This document shows positions 19,657 through 28,104 of a stretch of DNA of 64,000 nucleotides, in pieces. Numbering within the stretch: position 1 is the first letter of the stretch; each line of letters opens with the position of its first letter. The DNA is taken from the NCBI GenBank assembly GCA_964418745.1, contig CAYQMX010000015.1, positions 3,137 through 67,136 on the forward strand, in the 5' to 3' direction. Below the pieces are notes generated by a model. It saw only the letters and a list, made by a program, of their open reading frames with translations, was not told where the DNA came from and made no database searches. The stretch comes from an uncultured Vitreoscilla sp. GTDB taxonomy: Bacteria; Pseudomonadota; Gammaproteobacteria; Burkholderiales; Burkholderiaceae_C. The position numbers and the translations under genes are program-made.

Positions 19657-21267
19657 CTAGGCGGCCACGCGTCCCAGCGCTCGTGCCGCGCGGCGGCCGG
19701 CGTCGTCGCCGCGCGTGAACGCCTCCTCGAACACCGAGTAGGCCGACAGGTCGGCATGGGCGAAGCTGATGCGCCGCGCGGCCTCGGGCAGCGCGGCCAG
19801 CGCCGCGCTCGAACGCAGGCCCGGCGCCGGGATAGCCATCGCATGGCCGTGGCGCACGATGTCCACCTGCTGCAGTCGTTCGGACAGGTCGGGGTGCACC
19901 GCGCGCAGGTCGTCGAGGACCAACTGGGTGGCGTCCTGCCAGGACAGCGCCAGCAGCCGCGCACGATCGCGGTCCGGGAACGCCCAGTACGCCGTGAGCA
20001 GGCGCGGTCCGACCACGCGCGCCAGGCTCTGGTGCTGCGCGTCGACGTAACCCAGCGACGGGCTGCCGTGGATCACGTTGTCCCATGACAGCGGCGCGCC
20101 GACGCGGTCCAGCGGCAGGGCGTCCAACCGCAGGTTGGCCACCATCCACGGCGCGCGGCGCTGCATGCGGGCGACCGCGACGAGCGCGGGCGGCGGCGCG
20201 GCGAGCACGCGCGCGGCGACGAACAGCGGCGTGGCAACGATCACGTGGCGCGCCGTCCAGCGTTCGACATCGGCGCCGGCGAAGGCCCAGGCGGTGACGT
20301 CCTGCAGGCCCTCGTCGATGCGGAACGCGGCGCGCCCGGCCTGCACGCGATCGGCGAACGGCTGGCGCAGCGCCTGCACCAGCGGCGCGTTGCCGTCGGG
20401 CCAGGTGAGCACCGGGTCGCGGTCGTTGCTGTCGTCGCCGGGGGCCGCGAAGCCGTGGCGACTCGCGAAGTAGTGCACCAGGGCCCAGGCCGAGACGGTG
20501 TCGGCGCCCGCGCCGTAGTCGTCGCGGCAGCAATAGTCGAGGTAGGCCAGCACCAGCGGATCGACGATGCCCTGGGCGCGCAACCAGTGTGCGGCGGTGA
20601 CGGCGTCGAGCGCGGCATGCGCGGGCGTCCAGGGCGCGCGCGCGGTGGGCAGCGCGAAGCCGAGCCGGCCGGCATCCGCGATGGCCCGGGCCAGCAGTCG
20701 GTACTGGGCCTGCGTGGCCGAGGCGGGCGCGACGGCGGGCAGCAGGCCGTCCTGCCAGCGCCCGCCGATGAACAGGCGCTCCTGCGGGCTGTGGCACAGC
20801 TGGCGCTCGTCCCACTTCGGGCCGGACGGGGTCTGCCGCGCGAGGCCGATCTCCACCAGCCAGGCCTGGATGTCGGCTGCGGCCGGACCTGGCAGCGGCA
20901 GGTAGTGCGCGCCGAGCGGACAGCGCAGCCCCTGCATCTCATGGCCGCGGCTGTTGCCGCCGGCAGCGTCCTCCAGCTCCAGCACCACGAAGTCCTCGAT
21001 GCCCGCGCGCTGCAGCGCGCGCCCCGCCGCCAGACCGGCGATGCCGGCGCCGACCACCAGTACGTCGCAGCGCCGCGCGCGGGCGCCCGCCGGCGGGTGC
21101 GCGGCCGCGTCCCGCACGCGATGGCCCAGGGCCGCGTTGTCGCCGATCCAGCGGCCGTCGACACGCGTGCGCCAGTCGTCGGGCTTCGCGCAGCCGCTCA
21201 CCAGGGCCGGCGCGGCCAGCGCGGCACCGAGAAATCCACGGCGCGTGGCCGATGGCGTCCGGGGCAT
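19657..21267 (-). CDS. FAD-dependent amine-oxidase-like oxidoreductase, Tat-exported lipoprotein
   Basis: Twin-arginine motif TRRGFLGAALAAPA followed by lipobox LVSGC. Dinucleotide fold DVLVVGAGIAGLAAGRAL...LELEDAAGGN. ATG at 21267 chosen inside the track ORF. Confidence 0.8.
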   Translation of the reverse strand: MPRTPSATRRGFLGAALAAPALVSGCAKPDDWRTRVDGRWIGDNAALGHRVRDAAAHPPAGARARRCDVLVVGAGIAGLAAGRALQRAGIEDFVVLELEDAAGGNSRGHEMQGLRCPLGAHYLPLPGPAAADIQAWLVEIGLARQTPSGPKWDERQLCHSPQERLFIGGRWQDGLLPAVAPASATQAQYRLLARAIADAGRLGFALPTARAPWTPAHAALDAVTAAHWLRAQGIVDPLVLAYLDYCCRDDYGAGADTVSAWALVHYFASRHGFAAPGDDSNDRDPVLTWPDGNAPLVQALRQPFADRVQAGRAAFRIDEGLQDVTAWAFAGADVERWTARHVIVATPLFVAARVLAAPPPALVAVARMQRRAPWMVANLRLDALPLDRVGAPLSWDNVIHGSPSLGYVDAQHQSLARVVGPRLLTAYWAFPDRDRARLLALSWQDATQLVLDDLRAVHPDLSERLQQVDIVRHGHAMAIPAPGLRSSAALAALPEAARRISFAHADLSAYSVFEEAFTRGDDAGRRAARALGRVAA

Positions 21268-21409
21268 GGCGGGGTCGGGATGACGCGTTGCCGCCGCCGG
21301 CGCGGATCCGCCGGCACCGCCATCCAAGGGAGCGCGGGATCCGGCTCCGCCGGGCCCGTCGCGGAGCTCCCCCCCGGGGGGCAGCGAGCGCCAGCGAGCG
21401 TGGGGGCCG

Positions 21410-22990
21410 TCAATCATGAACCTTGCCCCATTCCTCTTCGAACGTCCGGACGAGGGTCTGGTTCGACAGCCGGTTCGGCTCCGCCGGCACCCGCGCCATG
21501 TCCGGCGGGAAGTCGAGCAGCGCCTGCAGGCCGGGCAGGGTCAGGAAGCGCAGGCCGGCGGGCAGGGCGCGCGGCGGCACCCACGGCCGGTGGCTGGCGA
21601 TGATGAAGCCCCATTCGCCGAAGCTGGGCACGTGCACGTGGTACGGCACGATGTGCAGGCCCGCGGTCTCCAGCGTCGTCGCCACGGTCCAGAAGCTGCG
21701 CCGCGCCACCAGCGGCGAGGTGGTCTGCACGACGGCGTAGCCGCTCGCGGCCAGGTGCAGGTCCACCAGCTCGTAGAAGCTCGTGGAGTACAGCTTGCCG
21801 AGCGCGTAGTTGCTCGGGTCGGGGAAGTCCACCACGATGACGTCGTACTGGTCGTCGTGCTGCTCCAGCCAGGCGAAGGCGTCGGCGTTGACGATGCGCA
21901 CCCTGGGCGAGGCCAACGCGTGGCGGTTCAGCGCCACCAGCGCCGGCTCGGTGGAGAATAGCCGGGTCATCTCCGGATCGAGCTCGACCTGCGTGACCTG
22001 TTCCACCGACGGGTACTTCAGGATCTCGCGGATCGCCAGCCCGTCGCCGCCGCCCAGCACCAGCACGCGCCGCGGCGCGCCGTAGCCGGCCATCGCGGGG
22101 TGCACCAGCGCCTCGTGGTAGCGGTACTCGTCCTTCGAGTTGAACTGCAGGTTGCCGTTGAGGAACAGCCGCAGCGTGTCGCCCTGCGAGGTGACGACGA
22201 TGCGCTGGTAGGGCGTGGACTCGTGCAGCACCACCCCGGGGCCGTAGAAGCGGTCCTCCGACCAGGTGGTGAGCAGGTCGCCGGCGGCCATCGCGGCCAC
22301 CAGCAGCGCGAAGATCGCGCCGCACTGCGCGCCGAGCCGGCGCCAGTGCGGGATGTCGGCGCGGAACAGCCACAGCGACCAGATCGCCACCAGCGTGTTG
22401 AGCAGGCCGAAGAAGATGCCCGAGCGCACGATGCCCAGGTGCGGCACCAGCAGCAGCGGGAACGCCACCGAGACCACCAGCGCGCCGAGGTAGTCGAAGG
22501 TGAGCACCTGCGACACCAGCGTGGACAGGCTGTCGCGCCCCTTCAGGTGACGGTCGAGCAGGCGCAGCACGATGGGGATCTCGAGCCCGACGCCGATGCC
22601 CACCAGCGTGACCAGGCCGTACAGCAGCACCTTGAACGACAGCAGGCTGGCCGCCGGCAGCGTGGCGTGCGCGGCGAACAGCGCAGCGGGCATCAGCCCG
22701 CCGATCACGCCGACGATCAGCTCGACCCGCACGAACATCGTCGCCAGCCCGGCGTGCACATGGCGCGAGGCCCACGAGCCCAGGCCCATCGCGAACAGGT
22801 AGGTGCCGATGACGGTGGAGAACTGCAGCACCGAGTCGCCCAGCAGGTAGCTGGCGAGTGCGCCGGCGCACAGCTCGTAGACCAGGCCGCAGGCGGCCAC
22901 CACGAACACCGAGGCGAGCAGCGCGAGCTCGCCCGGGCCGACGCGCGGCGCCGCGGCCGCCCGCCCGCCGTCCCCGGAGCCCAGCTCCAT
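21410..22990 (-). CDS. Polyamine aminopropyltransferase (spermidine-synthase-like) fused to an N-terminal polytopic membrane domain
   Basis: The N-terminal ~210 aa carry about 7 TM helices. The SpeE fold follows (VLVLGGGDGLAIREILKY, DVIVVDFPDPSN). The ATG at 22990 shares one nucleotide with the DUF350 stop codon (TGATG). Confidence 0.88.
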   Translation of the reverse strand: MELGSGDGGRAAAAPRVGPGELALLASVFVVAACGLVYELCAGALASYLLGDSVLQFSTVIGTYLFAMGLGSWASRHVHAGLATMFVRVELIVGVIGGLMPAALFAAHATLPAASLLSFKVLLYGLVTLVGIGVGLEIPIVLRLLDRHLKGRDSLSTLVSQVLTFDYLGALVVSVAFPLLLVPHLGIVRSGIFFGLLNTLVAIWSLWLFRADIPHWRRLGAQCGAIFALLVAAMAAGDLLTTWSEDRFYGPGVVLHESTPYQRIVVTSQGDTLRLFLNGNLQFNSKDEYRYHEALVHPAMAGYGAPRRVLVLGGGDGLAIREILKYPSVEQVTQVELDPEMTRLFSTEPALVALNRHALASPRVRIVNADAFAWLEQHDDQYDVIVVDFPDPSNYALGKLYSTSFYELVDLHLAASGYAVVQTTSPLVARRSFWTVATTLETAGLHIVPYHVHVPSFGEWGFIIASHRPWVPPRALPAGLRFLTLPGLQALLDFPPDMARVPAEPNRLSNQTLVRTFEEEWGKVHD

Positions 22991-23214
22991 CAACCGTGGA
23001 TCGCCGCGGCGATGATCATGCCGAGCGCGATGAACATCGAGCCGACCATGATGGCCAGCGCGATGTTCTTCTCCTCGACGATCTGCTCCCACAGCTTGTA
23101 GGGCGTGATCTTGTCGATGACGACGAAGGCCATCCACAACACGACGACGCCGATCACGGCGTAGAGCACCGTGCCGCCGATCACGTCGGGCCTGAGCCAT
23201 TCGGGTGTTGTCAT
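22990..23214 (-). CDS. DUF350 (YjfL-like) small membrane protein
   Basis: 74 aa, two to three TM helices (VLYAVIGVVVLWMAFVVIDKITPY...NIALAIMVGSMFIALGMIIAAAIHG). AAGGAG RBS upstream of ATG 23214. Confidence 0.8.
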   Translation of the reverse strand: MTTPEWLRPDVIGGTVLYAVIGVVVLWMAFVVIDKITPYKLWEQIVEEKNIALAIMVGSMFIALGMIIAAAIHG

Positions 23215-23257
23215 TGCCTGCTCCTTCGATTGAATGTCGCGATGGTGCCGCAACGGG

Positions 23258-24862
23258 CTACTTGTGCCCGCCGCCGCCGGAGGAATATCCGCCCCAGGCG
23301 CCGCCGGTGCCGTAGTAGGCACCTGTTCCGGCGGCCGCGCGTGACTTGCACTGCTGGTACTCCAGGCTGTTCGATCCGAACGCGCGCCGCACGTCGCTGC
23401 AGGAATCGTGGCTGCACATCGCCAGCAGCAGGATCACCACGATCAGCAGCACCAGCAGCACGGGCCAGGAGATCATCCGGCCGGGCCCGACGAGCGAGCC
23501 GAGCGACGGCGGGCCGCCGGCGCGCTGCAACTGCGCCGCCTGCTCGGTGCCGAGGCCGAACACGCTCGCGACCATCGCCGCGGGAATCGATTCGCCGGCC
23601 GACCAGGTGGTCTCGCTGGCCGTGCTCTCCTTGCTCAGGAATGCGCGGTGGCCGCTGGCCGAGCCTTCGTAGTCCTCGTGCTGCGTGCGCTGCCGGGCCT
23701 CGACCTTCCAGTAGAACTCGCCCAGCACGTAGGTGGTCTCGGACGCGTAGGTCCAGCGCCGCCGATACGTGGTGCCGTACCACTTCGCCGTGTCGCCGGC
23801 GACCTCGGGCGCGCCGGTGAGCACGCGCACCACGCTCCACCCCTCGTTGGTGTCGACGAGGAAGGCGAAGCCTTCGGTGCGGTTGTAGAGCAGGTATTCG
23901 CGCCAGGCCTCGGCCTCGTCGCCGCCGCCCATCAGCTCCATGCGCTCCGTGTAGCCCACCACCTGCCACGGCAGCGCCGCCGCGCCGCTGGGGATCGGCA
24001 GCGTGCCGGTGCGGCCCAGCGGGATGCCCGGCTCCATGCGGTTGAGCTGTGCGTAGTGCGCCATGTCCGGGCCGATGCCCTTGGACAGGTCCACCACCGA
24101 CTTGCAGCTGTCGCACACCACCGACTGCGTCGTCGCCAACGTGATCTTCAGTGGCGCGCCGCAATTGGGGCAGGGCGGCGACTGCGCCTGGATCGTCTTC
24201 TCGCCCGCGCCGGCGATGCCGGCCTCGCGCAGGCCGGCCATCTTGAGGTCGGCCAGGCGCACCGAACGGCCGATGGACCAGGTCAGGGTCGCGGCGTCGA
24301 CGGCCTCCAGCGTGGCCACCTCGTCGGCGGTGTTGCGCAGGTCGCAGACGACGATCGCGCGGCCGGCCGGCGGCGGCTGAACCAGTTCGCCCTGCGCGGC
24401 CAGCAGCTTCGCCTGGACGACGGAGGCGACGCTCCAGGGCCGCCCGTCGACGGTGACGCGCGCGCCGGCCTGCAGCCGCTCGGGTCGCGGCGCGTCCGCG
24501 GGTGCGGGGGCGTCGAACGCGAACACGTAGCGGCCGTTGTCCTCCGACAGCCAGCCGCTGCGGCCGTTGTCGAACAGCGCGTGCCACTCGTTCCAGGGCC
24601 CGTCATCGGTGCCGAACTGCAGGCGGCCGACGAGCATGAAGGCCGTGCCCTGGTAGCTGCCGCTGGCGCCGATCGCCAGCGGCGTGAAGTCGTCGAAGAC
24701 CTCGGCGCTGGTGCCGATCTTGCGCAGCGCCTCGCCGTCGCGCACCAGCGTGCTGCGGCAGAAGCCGCACACCGCGCTGGCCGATGCCGAGGACAGGAAC
24801 TCGACCGGCGCGCCGCAGTTCGGACACGCCGCACGCCAGGCGCGCTGCGGGGCGGTGGCCAT
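23258..24862 (-). CDS. Tandem zinc-ribbon/DUF4178 protein with C-terminal TM helix and Cys/Gly-rich tail
   Basis: Two repeats of CPNCGAP...C..C followed by DUF4178-like beta-rich modules. Then a TM helix WPVLLVLLIVVILLLAM and a tail ending ...GGAWGGYSSGGGGHK. Confidence 0.75.
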   Translation of the reverse strand: MATAPQRAWRAACPNCGAPVEFLSSASASAVCGFCRSTLVRDGEALRKIGTSAEVFDDFTPLAIGASGSYQGTAFMLVGRLQFGTDDGPWNEWHALFDNGRSGWLSEDNGRYVFAFDAPAPADAPRPERLQAGARVTVDGRPWSVASVVQAKLLAAQGELVQPPPAGRAIVVCDLRNTADEVATLEAVDAATLTWSIGRSVRLADLKMAGLREAGIAGAGEKTIQAQSPPCPNCGAPLKITLATTQSVVCDSCKSVVDLSKGIGPDMAHYAQLNRMEPGIPLGRTGTLPIPSGAAALPWQVVGYTERMELMGGGDEAEAWREYLLYNRTEGFAFLVDTNEGWSVVRVLTGAPEVAGDTAKWYGTTYRRRWTYASETTYVLGEFYWKVEARQRTQHEDYEGSASGHRAFLSKESTASETTWSAGESIPAAMVASVFGLGTEQAAQLQRAGGPPSLGSLVGPGRMISWPVLLVLLIVVILLLAMCSHDSCSDVRRAFGSNSLEYQQCKSRAAAGTGAYYGTGGAWGGYSSGGGGHK

Positions 24863-24949
24863 CAGGCGACCACCTTCGCACGCCGCTCACGAGCGTGCGT
24901 GCTCACGCGCGACGCCCGCCGGTAGCGCCGAGGATGGCGACACGGGCCA

Positions 24950-25984
24950 TCACAGCTTCTTCAGCAGCTCGGTCTTCTTGGCCTGGAACTCTTCCTCGGT
25001 GAGGATGCCCTTGGCCTTCAGGTCGCCCAGCTTCTCGATCAGCGCCATCACGTCCTGCACCGGCGGGTGTTCGCCGCTGGCCGCCGCGGCCGTGGCGATG
25101 CCCGTGCCCAGGCCTTGCGCGATGTTGCCCGCGAGCACCTGGCCGAGGGCCACGCCCGCGCCCAGGCCCATCGCGCTGCCGGCGATGCCGCCGCCGCCTT
25201 CGCCCGCGCTCTCCGCGAACTTCGGAATCGACTGCGCGGTCTGGTACTGCATGAACGCGCCCATGTTCTGGCCGACCATGCCCATGCCGATCTTCTGGTC
25301 GAGGATCTTCTGCAGTTCGTCGGGCAGCGAGACGTTCTGCACCGTCACGGTGTCCAGGGCCAGGCCCAGGGCCGTGAACGCCGGCCCGACGGCGGCCTTG
25401 ATCTGCGTGGCGAACTCCACCTGGTTGGCGGCCAGGTCCAGGAACGGGATGCCGCTCTGGGCGACCGCGTCGGACAGGTGCTGCAGCACGAGCCCGCGCA
25501 GCTGGCCATCGATCTCCTCGGCGGTGTAGCGGTCGCGCGTGCCCGAGACCTGCTGCTGGAACAGCTTGGGGTCGGCGACGCGCCACGAGTAGTTGCCGAA
25601 CGCGCGGATGCGGATCGCGCCGAAATCCTTGTCGCGCAGCGTGACGGGCTGCGGCGTGCCCCAGCGCTGGTCGACCTGCAGCCGGGTGCTGAAGAAGTAG
25701 ACGTCGCTCTTGAACGGGGACGCGAACAGCTTGTCCCAGTTCATCAGGTTGGTGAGCAGCGGCAGCGTGTGCGTGTTCAGCGTGTACAGGCCGGGCCCGA
25801 ACGCGTCGGCCGCGCGGCCCTCGTTGACGAACAACGCGGCCTGCGACTCTCGCACCGTCAGCCGGGCGCCGTTCTGGATCTCGTTGTCCTGCATCGGATA
25901 GCGCCATGCGAGGATGCCGTCGCCCGGCTCCTGCCACTCGATGACGTCGATGAACTGTTTCTTGATGAACCCCATCAATGACAT
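24950..25984 (-). CDS. SPFH (Band-7-like) domain protein with C-terminal SHOCT domain
   Basis: MSLMGFIKKQFIDVIEW...FVNEG...YTLNT N-terminus is typical of the SPFH/virion-core-like family. The C-terminal DVMALIEKLGDLKAKGILTEEEFQAKKTELLKKL is a SHOCT motif. GGAGG lies 5 nt upstream of ATG 25984. Confidence 0.82.
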   Translation of the reverse strand: MSLMGFIKKQFIDVIEWQEPGDGILAWRYPMQDNEIQNGARLTVRESQAALFVNEGRAADAFGPGLYTLNTHTLPLLTNLMNWDKLFASPFKSDVYFFSTRLQVDQRWGTPQPVTLRDKDFGAIRIRAFGNYSWRVADPKLFQQQVSGTRDRYTAEEIDGQLRGLVLQHLSDAVAQSGIPFLDLAANQVEFATQIKAAVGPAFTALGLALDTVTVQNVSLPDELQKILDQKIGMGMVGQNMGAFMQYQTAQSIPKFAESAGEGGGGIAGSAMGLGAGVALGQVLAGNIAQGLGTGIATAAAASGEHPPVQDVMALIEKLGDLKAKGILTEEEFQAKKTELLKKL

Positions 25985-26196
25985 GGCTGCCTCCACTGGC
26001 TGCTGTTGCATTCAGGGCGGATCATAGACGCTGGCGGGGGGCGGCGGACGCGCCGGCGTCGCGCGCGCTTCGAACGGGGGATGGAAGGCCGGGCCGGCGG
26101 CCATGGCGTGCGGGCGGCTCCAGGGCGAATGCCGGTCGCGCGAGGGCAGGGGACGATCCTGCTAGATTCCGTGGGTCGCATCGACAGGAAGCCCCG

Positions 26197-26694
26197 ATGT
26201 CCGCCTACGAACTCGCCCAGCTCAACATCGCCACCCTGACCGAGCCGCTGGAGTCCCCCGGGATGGCGGACTTCGTGGCCAACCTCGACCGCATCAACGC
26301 CTTGGCGGAGAGCGCGCCGGGGTTCGTCTGGCGCCTGCAGACCGAAGAGGGCGACGCCACGGCCTTTCGGCCGATGGGCGACGACGTGCTGGTCAACATG
26401 TCGGTCTGGCGCGACGTGGCGTCGCTGGACCAGTACGTCTACGGGTCGGCGCACGTCGAGATCATGCGGCGCCGCAAGGAGTGGTTCCTGCGCATGAAGG
26501 ACGCCTACGTGGTGCTCTGGTGGGTACCCCAGGGCCGCCGCCCGTCGGTGGAGGAGGCCATCGCGAAACTGGAACGCCTGCGCCGGGACGGGCCGACCGA
26601 GGCGGCCTTCACCTTCCGCAGCGCGTTCCCGCCACCGGACGCGCCGCAGGCCGGGACGTCGTTCGGGGTGGGGAGCGAGTGCCCGGCGACGTGA
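26197..26694 (+). CDS. DUF3291 domain protein
   Basis: LAQLNIATL..PL.SP.MADFV.NLD.IN.LAE.APGFVWRL pattern typical of DUF3291. ATG at 26197 chosen inside the track ORF. Confidence 0.65.
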   Translation: MSAYELAQLNIATLTEPLESPGMADFVANLDRINALAESAPGFVWRLQTEEGDATAFRPMGDDVLVNMSVWRDVASLDQYVYGSAHVEIMRRRKEWFLRMKDAYVVLWWVPQGRRPSVEEAIAKLERLRRDGPTEAAFTFRSAFPPPDAPQAGTSFGVGSECPAT

Positions 26695-26789
26695 TGGGTG
26701 GGAATTCGGGCGGCGAGGGGGTGCATGCCTCGTCGAAGGCTTCCGCTTCCAGCCTGCGCCGAGCCCTCCACTGCCCCAGGCCAATCTCG

Positions 26790-27216
26790 GCACCCGTTCG
26801 AAATCCTGCAGCAGATCGGACGACTCTTCGAGACCGACCGAAATCCGGATCATCCCGTTCGCGATGTCCATGTCGCGCCGGACCTCGGGCCCGGCCTCCC
26901 AGGAGATCGTCGGCGCGACCGGAATGATCAACGTCCGCGTGTCGCCCAATCCGGTGGCCTTGACAGGGATGCGCAGGGCATCGATCGCGCTGGGGACCTC
27001 CAGTCGCATCGGCGGATTCGAGAAGGCGTTCTCGACGGCTTCCGAGACATCCGCGTCGGCAGTGGCGCCGCGTGAATACTTGCTGGTCGCCGATGACGAT
27101 TTTCGGGCGGTCTGCCCGGAAGCTTCCGTTGCAGGGTCAAGGTACGTTTCGTCGCCAGCGGTCGCCCTTTTCGCAGCAGCAAGTTCGGTCAGGACACGCA
27201 GCCGCACCTTCGACAT
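26790..27216 (-). pseudogene. 3' remnant of a Cys/Met-metabolism PLP enzyme (cystathionine gamma-synthase / O-acylhomoserine sulfhydrylase family)
   Basis: AIDALRIPVKATGLGDTRTLIIPVAPT...PEVRRDMDIANGMIRISVGLEESSDLLQDFE aligns with the conserved C-terminal ~70 aa of this family (..LGG.ESLI.HPA..TH....R...GI.DGLIRLSVGIED..DLI.DL). The PLP-lysine region is absent and the HPA motif is degraded. The reading frame then runs on antisense to the neighbouring gene. Confidence 0.5.
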
Positions 27217-27225
27217 GATGGCCCC

Positions 27226-28104
27226 ATGGACAGCACGTCACCTATCGCCAGCGACCCGTTCCCAGCCGTCGTCGCCTGGATCGAGCAGCAGCTCGACCAA
27301 CCGTTGACGCTTGAACAGGTCGCAGCGCGGGCCGGCTTGTCGCCGTATCACTTCTCGCGGCTGTTCACCGCGCGCATGGGCCGCAGCGTCATGGCCCACG
27401 TGCGCGGCCGCCGGCTTGTTCGCGGGGCGCGACGGCTCTGCGACGAGCCCGACCTCCAGCTCGTCGACCTGGCGTTCGATTGCGGCTTTGAGTCCCAGGA
27501 GGCGTTTACACGCGCGTTCAAGCGCTTGTTCGGCGTCTCACCTGGGCGATTCCGCAGCGGATTCGCCGTCGAACCCATTGAAGGGCAATATCCCATGACG
27601 CTCCCTCCCGCGCAAAGCACGCCCGTCGTCCGCCTACCCGGGTCCGTCGCGATCGCCGCATTCAGCGTGGCCGGACCAGCGCGCCGGTTCGATGAGGTCA
27701 CCAAGGCCGAGATTCCGCAGCTGTGGTCCGCGCTGGTTGGCGCTCTGCCGTTCGCTGGTCAGGTCGCGAGTTGGGCAACCTATGGGGTCGTCTCCGGCAT
27801 CGACCGCGCCGAAGGTTCCTTCCAATACATGGCTGGTGTCGGCGTCGCGCCCGCGTGTGACCCTCCGCCCGGCTTCGTAACGATGGAGATCCCGGCCGCG
27901 ATCTACGTGGTGTTCCGCATTGCGCTCAACGGCACCGCGCTGCATCCGCAGCTCAAGCATGCCATGGCGCACATCTGGGGCGAACTGATTCCGGCATCCG
28001 GCTTGAAGGTCGCCGATGGGCCTGACTTTGAACTCTACGATGGTCGCTTCGATCCGCAGAAGGCGGGTTCCTTCATCGACTTCCACGTTCCAATCGAAGC
28101 ATGA
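27226..28104 (+). CDS. AraC family transcriptional regulator with GyrI-like effector-binding domain
   Basis: N-terminal HTH_18 pattern (LTLEQVAARAGLSPYHFSRLF...DLAFDCGFESQEAFTRAFKRLFGVSPGRFR) and a C-terminal GyrI-like half. G+C is visibly lower than in neighbours. Confidence 0.88.
   Translation: MDSTSPIASDPFPAVVAWIEQQLDQPLTLEQVAARAGLSPYHFSRLFTARMGRSVMAHVRGRRLVRGARRLCDEPDLQLVDLAFDCGFESQEAFTRAFKRLFGVSPGRFRSGFAVEPIEGQYPMTLPPAQSTPVVRLPGSVAIAAFSVAGPARRFDEVTKAEIPQLWSALVGALPFAGQVASWATYGVVSGIDRAEGSFQYMAGVGVAPACDPPPGFVTMEIPAAIYVVFRIALNGTALHPQLKHAMAHIWGELIPASGLKVADGPDFELYDGRFDPQKAGSFIDFHVPIEA

Noticed and set aside
25975-27216. 413-aa ORF as an intact gene
   Set aside because: Only residues ~60-142 resemble a protein family (the PLP-enzyme C-terminus). 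The rest runs antisense through the DUF3291 gene with shadow-frame composition, so it was called a remnant instead.
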